From assembly GCA_045588245.1 (NCBI GenBank), contig JAZNDW010000028.1:18094-82093 (forward strand): a stretch of DNA of 64,000 nt, written 5' to 3'. This document shows, one piece after another, positions 1 to 9,426 of the stretch; positions within the stretch are counted from its first letter, which is position 1; each line of letters begins with the position of its first letter. Position numbers and translations under genes: made by a program. The notes under the pieces were generated by a model that did no database searches, had not been told where the DNA came from, and worked only from the letters and a program-made list of their open reading frames with translations. This DNA is from Eubacteriales bacterium. GTDB lineage: Bacteria > Bacillota > Clostridia > Oscillospirales > CAG-272.

Positions 1-1
1 C

Positions 2-541
2 AATTTCCCCGACGCTATCACAGCCTGTGTCGGCGGCGGAAGCAACGCAGCAGGACTCTTTATACCGTTCCTCGCCGATCCCGTTGAGATTTACGGCGTC
101 GAACCGCTCGGACGCGGTTCCGAGGTCGGTCAACACGCTGCTTCAATGACGTACGGCACCCCTGGCAAGCTCCACGGCTACGAAAGCTATTTCTTGCAGG
201 ATGAGGACGGCGAGCCGTCCCCCGTTTATTCCGTCGCAAGCGGACTTGACTATCCCGGTGTCGGTCCCGAGCACGCATTTCTGCACGATATCGGCCGTGT
301 CGAATACGTCACCGCGTCCGACGAAGAAGCACTTGAAGCGTTCTATTTGCTCTCGCGCTTTGAGGGTATCATCCCCGCGATCGAAAGCTCACACGCTATC
401 GCATACGGCATAAGATACGCTAAGGAGCACAACACGGGAAGCATTCTCGTCAATGTTTCCGGCAGAGGCGACAAGGATATGGACTACGTCCTCGAAAATT
501 ACGGCACAGGCGAAAACTATATTGAGAAATACTTGAAATAA
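2..541 (+). CDS. trpB: Tryptophan synthase beta chain, C-terminal part (5' end lies outside the window)
   Basis: The frame is open from the window edge. Translation gives ...[11 protein letters not shown]...[40 protein letters not shown]...[15 protein letters not shown], which are typical TrpB PLP-binding and C-terminal motifs. Stop TAA at 539-541. Confidence 0.92.
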   Translation, partial: NFPDAITACVGGGSNAAGLFIPFLADPVEIYGVEPLGRGSEVGQHAASMTYGTPGKLHGYESYFLQDEDGEPSPVYSVASGLDYPGVGPEHAFLHDIGRVEYVTASDEEALEAFYLLSRFEGIIPAIESSHAIAYGIRYAKEHNTGSILVNVSGRGDKDMDYVLENYGTGENYIEKYLK

Positions 542-548
542 ACGCAAA

Positions 549-587
549 AATCACCGCAAAACGATCCGTTTTGCGGTGATTTATTTT
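549..587. terminator. Rho-independent terminator hairpin shared by convergent trpB and the sortase gene
   Basis: Stem ATCACCGCAAAACG (550-563) pairs with CGTTTTGCGGTGAT (567-580). It is flanked by an A-run upstream and a T-run downstream, so it can work in both directions. Confidence 0.8.
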
Positions 588-590
588 GTG

Positions 591-1529
591 TCATTTTTCC
601 TCGCGCAGAATGCCGAAGAGTACATATCGCGCGTTATCAAACTCGTAGGTACACGTAGATAAGGTAACGACGAGGTCATTGACGGTCGGTGTCACTTTCG
701 ATTTGAACTTTGACTTTGCTTTCGTGTCTGCGAGCCATTCGGAAAACTCATCATCCGATGAAAAATTCAACTGCCATGCTTCGTCATCAACCGAGGCAAC
801 GTATCCTGAGAAGATCTCCACGACGTATTTTTTCTCGGGCGTTACGATAACGTAATACGGATGCGCGTCGTAATAAGATTGTTTTTTGTAATTTTTGAGT
901 GCGGTGAACATCGTTTTATCACTGAGCCTGTGACCGTAAATAACGGTGTTTCTGTCGGAAAAATCGGCCTGACAGCGATAATCCATGAATATACTGCCAA
1001 CTCGGTTTTCCTGACCGCTGAACGTGTAATGCAGATAATGCGAATTGTCCTCACCTTGCACGATGGGGTAATTGATGTTTGTGCCCTCGACGTAGATCCA
1101 TCCCGTGACATCGGAATTGATAGCTGACAGCGCATCAAAATCAACAATTGGAAGCTTCGGCTTGCTGACGGTTGGCTTTTTCGCAGTTGTTGTTTCCGGT
1201 TCGCCTGTCACGTTTGCGTCGGTGTCAGTGACAGCACCATCGGATGTCACGTAATCTGTGACGTCTGAAATGTAAGTGCTTTCGGTTTCTGTATCCGCCG
1301 TGTCATCGTAATACAAGTCGTCGGTGTTGTCAGTGCCGTTATCATCGCTATCGTCAGCATCCTCGGACGGCATCTGTACGTACTGCAGCAGATCGTCGTA
1401 AGCCGCCTTACTTTCGTTATACTCCGCCTGAAGCGTGAATAGCATATATGCTGAATATGCACCCGTACAAATGAAGAGCAGGATAAGGAATATATATATT
1501 ATCGATTGGGTGTTGTTTTTCTTTTTCAT
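591..1529 (-). CDS. srtB: Class B sortase with N-terminal TM anchor and an acidic D/T/E-rich linker
   Basis: N-terminal hydrophobic segment IIYIFLILLFICTGAYSAYMLF. Catalytic motifs VIYGHRL (His) and LVVTLSTCTYEF (TLxTC Cys), plus a C-terminal Arg region ARYVLFG. The length of the catalytic domain fits SrtB-type enzymes. Confidence 0.85.
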   Translation of the reverse strand: MKKKNNTQSIIYIFLILLFICTGAYSAYMLFTLQAEYNESKAAYDDLLQYVQMPSEDADDSDDNGTDNTDDLYYDDTADTETESTYISDVTDYVTSDGAVTDTDANVTGEPETTTAKKPTVSKPKLPIVDFDALSAINSDVTGWIYVEGTNINYPIVQGEDNSHYLHYTFSGQENRVGSIFMDYRCQADFSDRNTVIYGHRLSDKTMFTALKNYKKQSYYDAHPYYVIVTPEKKYVVEIFSGYVASVDDEAWQLNFSSDDEFSEWLADTKAKSKFKSKVTPTVNDLVVTLSTCTYEFDNARYVLFGILREEK

Positions 1530-1639
1530 ATTAACGCAAATCCGTGAAGAATCATTCTAAACTGTATAAATAATATCATAAAGCTTTTCCCGAATCAATC
1601 GTGAAAGGTAAATTTGTCAAAATATTGAGTGATACCGCA

Positions 1640-1675
1640 CAAAAAACGGACTTTCCGCAGCCGGAAAGTCCGTTA
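1640..1675 (-). terminator. Rho-independent terminator downstream of the M24 peptidase gene
   Basis: Stem AACGGACTTTCCG (1645-1657) pairs with CGGAAAGTCCGTT (1662-1674). The A-run at 1641-1646 reads as a T-run on the minus strand. Confidence 0.8.
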
Positions 1676-1693
1676 TTCATCGTTAATAAAACT

Positions 1694-2935
1694 TTATCTT
1701 TTGCCCATAACGGCTTCAATGTCTTCAATCGAGCGCGGTGTAACAGCGGAAAGATTTTCGCAGCCGTCTTCGGTGATAAGGCAGTTATCTTCAAGACGGA
1801 AACCGATGCCCCATTCGGGAACGTAGATTCCAACGTCAACGCAGAACACCATTCCGGGAGCCATAAGACCGTCGTAAGCTTTAAGGTTAACCATGTCGTG
1901 AGTATCAAATCCGACGTGATGTGCGCCGCCGTGCCACATGTATCTCTTTTCGTTTTCAGGCTTGTCAAGCAAACCAATATCGCAAAGAAGCTGGGAGCAG
2001 TAGCGGTGGACTTCCTTGTCTGCGAACGGCATGGGAAGACCGGGCTTTAATACCTCAAAAAGATGATTCGATGTTTCGTAAGCGCATTCGTAAAGCGCAC
2101 GCTGGCGGTCGGAGAACTTTCCGTTACACGGCCATCCGCGGGATACGTCCGTGTGCATGTGGTCAAACTTGCCGCCGACGTCGTTCAAGATCATGTCGCC
2201 GTCTTTAGCCTGTCTTGAATAATCGTAATAGTGAATGATGAAGTTGCTGTTGCCCGTGGAAACGATCGGCGGGAATGCAGATTCCTTGCACCCGCGCGTA
2301 AGAAGCGCGTAGTCCCACTCAGCCTTGTACTGATATTCGTACATCCCCGGCTTCGACGCACGCATCATCGCTAAAATACCGTCGCGTGTAAGCAGCTCTG
2401 CCTGACGCATAGCTTCGATCTCGCAAGACTGCTTCACGGTACGCTGTGCTGTGATCTGCGGTCTGATATCGTGTATATTATCAGCACCGAACAGCTCACG
2501 AGCGTGCGCCTGAAACGACAGCTGCGTCGGATTGTTCGCCTTCATGTTGTCAATGTCAAGCGCAAGCCACTGACGTTTGCCTGCGGCGGATTTTATGTAT
2601 TCATCAAGCTCGTCAACAGATTTCACGTCAGCTATACCCGAGATCGCATAAGCGGCATCGGGCTTGATGCGCTCACCGGTCCAACGCTCTGCCATAAAAT
2701 CGGGCGGAAGCATAAAGAGGGTTTCGCGCACCTCACCGTTTGCCTTTTCCGCCAAAAGAACGGACGCGTGCTGTTCTATACCCGTAAGGTACAGAAAATT
2801 CGTGTCGGTGTAGAAAAGGTAATCCTCGTCAGCCGTTTTGCGTAAAAGATCGCCCGCGAAAACGAGAAGAAGGCTCTCGTCGGGTAGCGTTTCATATAAA
2901 CGGTGTCTGTTTTGCGTGTAGAATAAAGAATCCAT
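1694..2935 (-). CDS. M24-family Xaa-Pro aminopeptidase / prolidase
   Basis: Creatinase/prolidase-like N-domain followed by a pita-bread fold. Metal-ligand contexts LNDVGGKFDHMHTDVSR, HGGAHHVGFDTHD and FRLEDNCLITEDG are present. Confidence 0.85.
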   Translation of the reverse strand: MDSLFYTQNRHRLYETLPDESLLLVFAGDLLRKTADEDYLFYTDTNFLYLTGIEQHASVLLAEKANGEVRETLFMLPPDFMAERWTGERIKPDAAYAISGIADVKSVDELDEYIKSAAGKRQWLALDIDNMKANNPTQLSFQAHARELFGADNIHDIRPQITAQRTVKQSCEIEAMRQAELLTRDGILAMMRASKPGMYEYQYKAEWDYALLTRGCKESAFPPIVSTGNSNFIIHYYDYSRQAKDGDMILNDVGGKFDHMHTDVSRGWPCNGKFSDRQRALYECAYETSNHLFEVLKPGLPMPFADKEVHRYCSQLLCDIGLLDKPENEKRYMWHGGAHHVGFDTHDMVNLKAYDGLMAPGMVFCVDVGIYVPEWGIGFRLEDNCLITEDGCENLSAVTPRSIEDIEAVMGKR

Positions 2936-3063
2936 AAAGCCTCCTTAAAAGCTGTAAAATTCATATTACCGGCGTAAACCGCTTATGAAAATAATAGCAC
3001 AATCGATAAGTATTTTCAAGAGTTTTGCAGTGCCCGTGCCAAAATAAAGGCTATATAAAAATA

Positions 3064-3096
3064 AAGAATCCGTCGGAATCGTTCCGACGGATTCTT
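3064..3096 (-). terminator. Rho-independent terminator downstream of the large glycoside hydrolase gene
   Basis: Stem AAGAATCCGTCGGA (3064-3077) pairs with TCCGACGGATTCTT (3083-3096). The minus strand continues into TTTATTTTT. Confidence 0.8.
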
Positions 3097-3118
3097 TTGT
3101 TGAAATGATCGATTAGGT

Positions 3119-6100
3119 TTATATTACGTTAAGCGTAAGGGGCACGTGAATATCCGTGCCGATAACGATGCCTGCATCGGCAACGGTGTACGTGCCGACG
3201 GCGGAGCGCACCTCTTTTGCCGCATTGTACCACTTGATTTTGTACGTCTGATTGTCGGCAGAACCGTTGTTACGGTGAACGGTAGCGGTGTCGGGGAGCT
3301 GCGGTGCCTCGCCTGCTCTTACGGTAACGGATACGGGATCAGTTTCGGTGATGCTGGCTTGATCCATATCTCCTCTTGCGTAAACAGATGCTGTGACCTG
3401 ATGCGTCAGAGGACTCGTCACGCCAGAAACGGTATAAAGTCCGTCAGCGGAGGTGTCGAGCTTTTCGTCAAACCATACGACGGAAAGCGGGATACGGTCA
3501 CCCTCGGCGGAAATGCCTACGATGGTATCGGGAAGCGTGGGATGCTCACCCGATTTGACGGAGGCGATCACCTCTTCGATGTGATCGATCGCAGGCATAT
3601 AAGCCTTAAGACGGTATACGCCGAGTCCGCTTGAAGGCGTGCTCTTGCAGTGAAGCGTCAGCGATTTCGCGGTAACGGTTTTGAAATTCACGCGGTTATA
3701 TTTTCCGACAGCGATCGCGTCGGCGGTGTCGGTAGTGGCGCTGATGTCGTGCTCGATGCCGTCGCGGTCAACGTAAGTGAGGTTAAACGATACGGGAAGC
3801 TTGATGCCGCCGTTATCGCAGTACCAATAAATGTCGGCGGCGTTGAGCGTTACTGGCTCATCCCACATGAGCGTCAGCTCATGTTCACGGCGGCGTGAGC
3901 CGTACGTGCCCCAACCTCTGCCGGAACCCATCGCGGACGAACGCGGTTCAAACTTTTCGTTGATAACGCCGTCCTTGTTCTCCCAATCGGTGCAGAAATC
4001 AACGGAAACTTTGGCTTTCGGTGCCGCATCGTAAAGGGCGGATTCATTTTGCTTGATGAATACGGCGTGACTGCAGTGACGGCGCGTTTCACCGTCCGAA
4101 ACGTGAAGCGTCAGGTGATAGCGTCCGGGAGTTGACACCGTCATGACGGTGTCGGGACAATGAATGTCCTCGATCATAACCGACGCGCCCTCAGGCTTCC
4201 AATCGACGTTCCATCTGTACGTCATGTCGCGGTCAAACGGCATACCGTCGTCGATCACGTCTACCAAAAGGCGGGCTTTGAGTCCACCGAGATCATAAGA
4301 TCCTGCGTAAACGTACGGCGGATAGTTGAGGACGGCGCAACGCGGCGTACCCTCAAAGTAAAGCGCGATCTCCGTTACGGCTGTATAGTGATGTAAACGG
4401 TTATAAAAGTGAACGCGGACGCGGTCCGTCGTTACAGCGTCGAAACGGCTCTCGTTCTTATTCGCGCACATGAGCCGCGGCGTCTGCGAACGCGTCGTAA
4501 CGGGAAGCCACTGCCCGTCGGCATAGTATTCGATAAGATAACGGCGCGGATAGGAGTATCCGTCATTTTGCCTGTCATCATAGAAATATGCCGTCAACGT
4601 GTCGAAGGTACGTGGAGAGGGAAGCGTCAGTGTCAGCGTGTCAAACTCGTTTTTTGAGCCGTAATTGCCCCAGAACGGCATACATTCATAAATCCCGTCA
4701 ACGACGGCATCGGGCGACGGTGTATACTCGTTAACGGCGATCGACGACTCATCGTGCCCGTCTGCGCGGTGTTTTTCAGCCCAGATCGCTTCTCTTGCGG
4801 ACTCGGGTGTGTATGTTGCCGTGACTGTTGCACCTGCGGCGAGATTTGAAAGATCCGTGATTCCGGCAAGCGAGTAGAGCCGCTTCATTTCTTCGTCAGC
4901 AGTATCACATTCAAGCGCCGCGGCAAGCGCGCCGACAGCAACGGAGGCGATAACGTCGCCGTCCGATTCAACATTTCCCGTTATAGGATCGTAAACGAAT
5001 GCGGAAAGAGACGCCATGTTTACGGCGAGCACGCCGTCAACATAAAGGGAATAGCCGCTCGGAATGTCAGCGTAGTGTCCGTCGGTGTTATAGAAGATCG
5101 AAACGTCGCGTCCGTGATAGCGCATATTGTCTGCGGCAAAGTGAGCGTAGCCGAAATCGATCGGCGAAAGCTCGATCTTACCGTCCGCACGCGGACGAAG
5201 TCCCGCCATCTCCTCAATGAAGATGTAGTTATAATTACCGAGAATGTTGTGGTAGATCCACGAACGATAATAGTCGCCCGCGCCACGCGGATCGGAGGCA
5301 CGGTCTGCGTTGAAGAATTCGTTATTGTTCGGATAGTCAAGATCACCGCCGTCGGGGAACATATTCCATGCACACCAATCGACCATATTCTCAAACATCT
5401 CAGGCGTTACGTATTTGCCGTCCTTATCATAATCGCGGATCGCGGCGGAGTATGCGCGCGCCTGAACGGTGAAATTGATGTTAGAGAAATTGTTGCTTCC
5501 GGGAGCGAGCTTGTTGTCACGCTGGCTCGCAGTGTAGTATGGGAAAATGGGAAATTCCTCAGGATCGGCAAGGTGACGGAAAGCGTCAATGTATTTTTTG
5601 AGCGACTGTTCGTCTGTAGGAACGACACGCTCGGAAAAGTAGTTATAGTTGTTGTTTTCCTTCAATGGAACAAGGTTCGGTTTATCGGGGTTGTGAATGA
5701 CGAAATCATCTGTCGGGGCGACGGCGCGCGTTTCGAAGAAACGGCACTTATCGCACCAAAGATAGTCTAAAATATCATGGCGTATCGCTTCGGCAAGCTC
5801 AGTCATCTCGGCAGCTTTTTTTTCGTTTCCGGCAAGACGGTATAGCTCAGCGGATGACGCAGCCGCACCGAAAACGTATGCGTTTTCGGCGTGTGTCTTG
5901 TGCATGCCGACTCCGCGATAGTGCATTGAGCAGGTGTCGGCGTCATTACCCGTCATGTAGTTGCTGCGATATGAGATAAGATGCGTTTTCGGTGTGGAGG
6001 GGCTTGCGTGCTGACCGTAATGCTGCAGCTGCCCTTTGCAGTCTCCCTCGAACCAACGTGCGAGTGTCAGGGCGAACTGTTTATCACCGCCGTGTACGAA

Positions 6101-7351
6101 GAAAGCCTCGCGTCCTGCCGTCGCGATATACTGACCGTAGTGGTTGTTCCAGTTGCGGCGGTTGCCCGGATTGTCAAGAAATGCACTGCCGCCCGAGCAC
6201 GAGCCGACAGAAAGAAGCTGACCGTAGGGAAGATGCGGCAGTCTTTGCCACTTTGTGTCCTGCAGATGCATACACTGCGTCAGGACGATGGCGTTATTGT
6301 AGCCGAGAACGCCCTCCATTGTGATAGGATATTGATAATCGTGACCGGGAATGTTCGCGTTGAGCGTATTATAGCGTAAGAGCCAGAAGTGATAATCGAT
6401 AGCTTTTTTCATCGGCGCACTCGGCACATCGATGTAGGGAATATAGCGGTGCCAATATTCGTTATATTCGCGTCTTTGTGTGGCAAGAGCCGCTTCGTGC
6501 GATTCGTCAGCCAACGCCGCAAAGCGGAGAAAATCGTCCGCTGATTTCGGTATCTCGTCGGTGACAAAAGCAATAATGGCGTCGCCTTTGGCGACTCCGC
6601 CTGCCGGAATTTTTATTTCTCTGTAAAGGGACGGCTTACGCTTCCATGCGGGAAGCACCTCTCCGTCTCGCGGCGGACGGTGTCCGCGCGGACGGGGCGT
6701 GCCCGAAGCGGAAAGCCGTGCCGTTATCGTCGTAAGATTGTCTTTATCGTTCAGCCTTCCGCGAAGCTCGCCGCGAAGCTTATTGTTGGGATAACACGCC
6801 CACGGTACTGTGGTGTACGGAGAATGAGTCACGACCGTCAGTACACAGTCGTCGCCAGATGAATTTGCAACGGTGTAAAGAACGACAGCACAGTTTTCTT
6901 CGGTAAAGAACTTGTCAACCGTGACTGTGAGCGCGTTGCATACGTATTCACCGTGCCAATATGACGGCGTATTAAGACGCTTTTCTGCAACCTCGGAAAA
7001 CTCAAGCTTATCTATACCGCGGTAGAAATCTATAACCAATAAGTCGCGTCTGCCAAGCGGTTGACAGTACGAAGCCATACCGCCGAATCCGATAACGGAA
7101 ACGTCGTGCGTGAACATATAAAACGATCGTCCGCGCGTCATGAGCGCGTCGCCGTCGTCGTTGCCGCCGCGATTAGGGTCTCCGTTTGCGGCACCGTGAC
7201 GCGCAAGTATGCGGTCGAGCCTGTATTCGCCCGATCCGATGTCCTCGGCAAAGGAGGCTTCAAGATGACGCAAAGAGGAGAGGGGGGCATAGTCAGCATA
7301 GATCTGTTCTGTTGCGAATGTGTTTTTATAGATCGGTTTTTGCAGTTTCAT
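3119..7351 (-). CDS. Large (1410 aa) multidomain glycoside-hydrolase-like protein: (alpha/alpha)6-type catalytic core, F5/8 type C (discoidin)-like modules and C-terminal Big_4-like Ig domains
   Basis: One uninterrupted 4.2-kb ORF. The central region has a GH63/MGH1- or GH78-like flavour (WLLRYNTLNANIPG, YGQYIATAGREAFF, DYLWCDKCRFF), but the family is not resolved by eye. There are discoidin-like segments (YLIEYYADGQWLPV...VTEIALY; LTLMWDEPVTLNAADIYWY). Two C-terminal repeats have the PxLPDT...V.W pattern (PTLPDTIVGISAEGDRIPLSVVWFD; PQLPDTATVHRNNG...YKIKWYN). Confidence 0.6.
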   Translation of the reverse strand: MKLQKPIYKNTFATEQIYADYAPLSSLRHLEASFAEDIGSGEYRLDRILARHGAANGDPNRGGNDDGDALMTRGRSFYMFTHDVSVIGFGGMASYCQPLGRRDLLVIDFYRGIDKLEFSEVAEKRLNTPSYWHGEYVCNALTVTVDKFFTEENCAVVLYTVANSSGDDCVLTVVTHSPYTTVPWACYPNNKLRGELRGRLNDKDNLTTITARLSASGTPRPRGHRPPRDGEVLPAWKRKPSLYREIKIPAGGVAKGDAIIAFVTDEIPKSADDFLRFAALADESHEAALATQRREYNEYWHRYIPYIDVPSAPMKKAIDYHFWLLRYNTLNANIPGHDYQYPITMEGVLGYNNAIVLTQCMHLQDTKWQRLPHLPYGQLLSVGSCSGGSAFLDNPGNRRNWNNHYGQYIATAGREAFFVHGGDKQFALTLARWFEGDCKGQLQHYGQHASPSTPKTHLISYRSNYMTGNDADTCSMHYRGVGMHKTHAENAYVFGAAASSAELYRLAGNEKKAAEMTELAEAIRHDILDYLWCDKCRFFETRAVAPTDDFVIHNPDKPNLVPLKENNNYNYFSERVVPTDEQSLKKYIDAFRHLADPEEFPIFPYYTASQRDNKLAPGSNNFSNINFTVQARAYSAAIRDYDKDGKYVTPEMFENMVDWCAWNMFPDGGDLDYPNNNEFFNADRASDPRGAGDYYRSWIYHNILGNYNYIFIEEMAGLRPRADGKIELSPIDFGYAHFAADNMRYHGRDVSIFYNTDGHYADIPSGYSLYVDGVLAVNMASLSAFVYDPITGNVESDGDVIASVAVGALAAALECDTADEEMKRLYSLAGITDLSNLAAGATVTATYTPESAREAIWAEKHRADGHDESSIAVNEYTPSPDAVVDGIYECMPFWGNYGSKNEFDTLTLTLPSPRTFDTLTAYFYDDRQNDGYSYPRRYLIEYYADGQWLPVTTRSQTPRLMCANKNESRFDAVTTDRVRVHFYNRLHHYTAVTEIALYFEGTPRCAVLNYPPYVYAGSYDLGGLKARLLVDVIDDGMPFDRDMTYRWNVDWKPEGASVMIEDIHCPDTVMTVSTPGRYHLTLHVSDGETRRHCSHAVFIKQNESALYDAAPKAKVSVDFCTDWENKDGVINEKFEPRSSAMGSGRGWGTYGSRRREHELTLMWDEPVTLNAADIYWYCDNGGIKLPVSFNLTYVDRDGIEHDISATTDTADAIAVGKYNRVNFKTVTAKSLTLHCKSTPSSGLGVYRLKAYMPAIDHIEEVIASVKSGEHPTLPDTIVGISAEGDRIPLSVVWFDEKLDTSADGLYTVSGVTSPLTHQVTASVYARGDMDQASITETDPVSVTVRAGEAPQLPDTATVHRNNGSADNQTYKIKWYNAAKEVRSAVGTYTVADAGIVIGTDIHVPLTLNVI

Positions 7352-7399
7352 GGGCGCACCTCAAACATATCGATAAAGTATACAGAAATCTATAGTTTA

Positions 7400-7428
7400 A
7401 TCATACCATGAAAACATTTGTATTACAA
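7400..7428 (-). promoter_or_regulatory. Candidate sigma-A promoter for the large glycoside hydrolase gene
   Basis: The minus strand reads TTGTAA, a 17-nt spacer, then TGgTATGAT (extended -10), about 50 nt upstream of the ATG at 7351. Confidence 0.45.
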
Positions 7429-7566
7429 GGAAATACGAAAATAATCACAGTAAATATTTATATTGGAATCATTAATAAATAAACGAAATTTATAAATATT
7501 GACTCTTAATTAAGTTTGTGATAAGCTTTCTATAAGTATCTGTAGCGAAAGGGGCAAAGACGTACA

Positions 7567-8085
7567 GTGAAAACAAAAGACATCGTTACAGTGGCGCTGT
7601 TCACCGCCATCACCGTGATATGCGCATGGATAACGGTGCCGTCCGCGGTCCCGTTCACACTTCAAACGTTTGCCGTGCTTTTGTCGTGCGGTCTGCTCGG
7701 CGGTAAGCTCGGAACTGTCACGGTACTTCTGTATCTGTCGCTCGGAGCTTTGGGGCTTCCCGTTTTTTCGGGCTTCTGCGGCGGCGTGTCCGTCCTTTTC
7801 GGTGCAGGAGGCGGTTTTTTATTCGGCTTTGTACTGTCAGCCTTGTTCATGTGGACAACGGAGCGGTACACAAAAACGAGCACGGTGCGCCTTGCCGCGT
7901 CGATGGCGGCGGCGCTGTTGGTTTGTTATCTGACAGGCGCGCTGTGGTATGCGACCGTTTACTTAGGCAGTACGAACGATATTTACGCCGTCATAACGGC
8001 AACGGTCTTGCCGTTCATCATTCCCGATGCGGTAAAGCTCACTCTGGCGCTATACATGACGCGCCGATTGAAACGGTTCATTTAG
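7567..8085 (+). CDS. bioY: Biotin transporter S-component BioY (ECF-type)
   Basis: 172-aa polytopic membrane protein. The N-terminus VALFTAITVICAWITVPSAVPFTLQTFAVLLSCGLLGGKLG...GLPVFSG...GGGFLFGF is characteristic of BioY. GTG start preceded by AAAGGGG. Confidence 0.85.
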   Translation: MKTKDIVTVALFTAITVICAWITVPSAVPFTLQTFAVLLSCGLLGGKLGTVTVLLYLSLGALGLPVFSGFCGGVSVLFGAGGGFLFGFVLSALFMWTTERYTKTSTVRLAASMAAALLVCYLTGALWYATVYLGSTNDIYAVITATVLPFIIPDAVKLTLALYMTRRLKRFI

Positions 8086-8109
8086 TCAAAAAGAAGGCAG
8101 GTTACGAAT

Positions 8110-9426
8110 ATGCAAAATAATATTGTAAATAAACCCTTAACGGCGATCATAGTCGGCGCAGGCCACAGATCGATGATATATGCGTCTTTAGCCAAAACGG
8201 ATCCCGATATGCTGACCGTCATCGGCGTCGCCGATCCAGATCCTGTCAAGCGGCGACTTGCCGCCGAAGAGTTCGGCATTCCCGAGGATATGCAGTTTTA
8301 CGATGCCGACGAGCTTGCGTCCCGCGACAGGATCGCGGACGTAATCATCAACGGCACGATGGACAGCCAGCACATAAAAACCGCAGTGCCGCTTCTTCGT
8401 CTCGGATATGATATGATCCTCGAAAAGCCGCTCGCCGTAAGCCGCGAGGAAACGGAGCTTTTATATGAAACGGCAAAGCAGTACGGTAACACCGTGTATG
8501 TCTGCCACGTGCTTCGATATGCACCCTTTTACCGCAAGGTCTACGAATACCTTGACCGCATCGGCGATGTTATCAACATACAGTTAACAGAGCACGTTTC
8601 GTATCACCATCTCGTCGTGTCATACGTGCGCGGAAAATGGCGCAGTGAGGAGGAATGCGGCGCGGGAATGCTCCTTGCGAAGTGCTGTCACGATATGGAT
8701 CTTATGCTTTGGTTCGCGGGCGATGCACGTCCCGTATCCGCTGCATCGTTTGGATCCGATTTTGCATTTTCCGCAGATAAAATTCCCGAAAGGGCAGGTA
8801 CACGCTGTCTTTGCGACTGCGAAATAGAGCCCGAATGTCCCTATTCGGCGAAAAAACATTATATCGATCACCCAGACCGCTGGCGTTTTTACGTCTGGGA
8901 CTGCTTCTCGGGACAAAATCCCACGATTGAAGATAAGATCAACTCGCTCAAAACGGACAATCCCTACGGACTCTGCGTATATAAATGCGGCCACAAGGTC
9001 GTCGATCACCAAAGCGTCCTCGTCAATTTCGATAACGGCATGACAGCAACGCTTAATATGATCGGCGGCGCGTCAAAATCGGAACGCAACGTACACATAA
9101 TCGGCACGAAAGGCGAGATCAAAGGAACGTTCGACGATTCTATAATCCGCCTGCGGCTGATAGATCAGTCGCCTGAATGTAAAACGTTTTATACCGAGGA
9201 TGTGATCGACCTGAAGATCGACGGTGACAAATCGGGAATGACGGGCGGTCACGGCGGCGGCGACGTCGAGCTCGCGCGCGACTTTGTCCGTGCTGTCAGA
9301 GGCGAGGTAACGTCCCCGTGCGCGCCGTCGCTCGACGTGTCGATAGCGTCGCACCTTGCCGTTTTTGCCGCGGAAAGATCGCGCAAAAACGGAACGATTG
9401 AAAAAATTTACGGAGACAAAATATGA
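8110..9426 (+). CDS. Gfo/Idh/MocA-family NAD(P)-dependent oxidoreductase
   Basis: N-terminal Rossmann motif AIIVGAGHRSMIYA, the EKP motif (MILEKPLAV), and a C-terminal alpha/beta oligomerisation-type domain. Confidence 0.75.
   Translation: MQNNIVNKPLTAIIVGAGHRSMIYASLAKTDPDMLTVIGVADPDPVKRRLAAEEFGIPEDMQFYDADELASRDRIADVIINGTMDSQHIKTAVPLLRLGYDMILEKPLAVSREETELLYETAKQYGNTVYVCHVLRYAPFYRKVYEYLDRIGDVINIQLTEHVSYHHLVVSYVRGKWRSEEECGAGMLLAKCCHDMDLMLWFAGDARPVSAASFGSDFAFSADKIPERAGTRCLCDCEIEPECPYSAKKHYIDHPDRWRFYVWDCFSGQNPTIEDKINSLKTDNPYGLCVYKCGHKVVDHQSVLVNFDNGMTATLNMIGGASKSERNVHIIGTKGEIKGTFDDSIIRLRLIDQSPECKTFYTEDVIDLKIDGDKSGMTGGHGGGDVELARDFVRAVRGEVTSPCAPSLDVSIASHLAVFAAERSRKNGTIEKIYGDKI

Noticed and set aside
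5075-5770. Long ORFs antisense to, or out of frame with, confidently assigned genes. Examples: 5075-5770, 10393-10974, 14943-15719, 23141-23629, 30785-31513, 33296-33910, 41013-41672, 42382-42843, 59960-60514 and 61810-62346.
   Set aside because: Each lies entirely inside, or mostly over, a gene with strong family motifs on the other strand or frame. Their translations are low-complexity, Arg/Ser/Cys-rich or lack any motif, and they have no RBS. Such shadow ORFs are expected where the opposite strand of moderately GC-rich coding DNA stays open.
7429-7566. BirA/bioO operator or a clear promoter in front of bioY.
   Set aside because: TTGACT at 7499-7504 has only a poor -10 partner (TGaTAAGCT, matching 3 of 6 positions). 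I could not find an inverted repeat resembling known BirA sites, so this is left unannotated.
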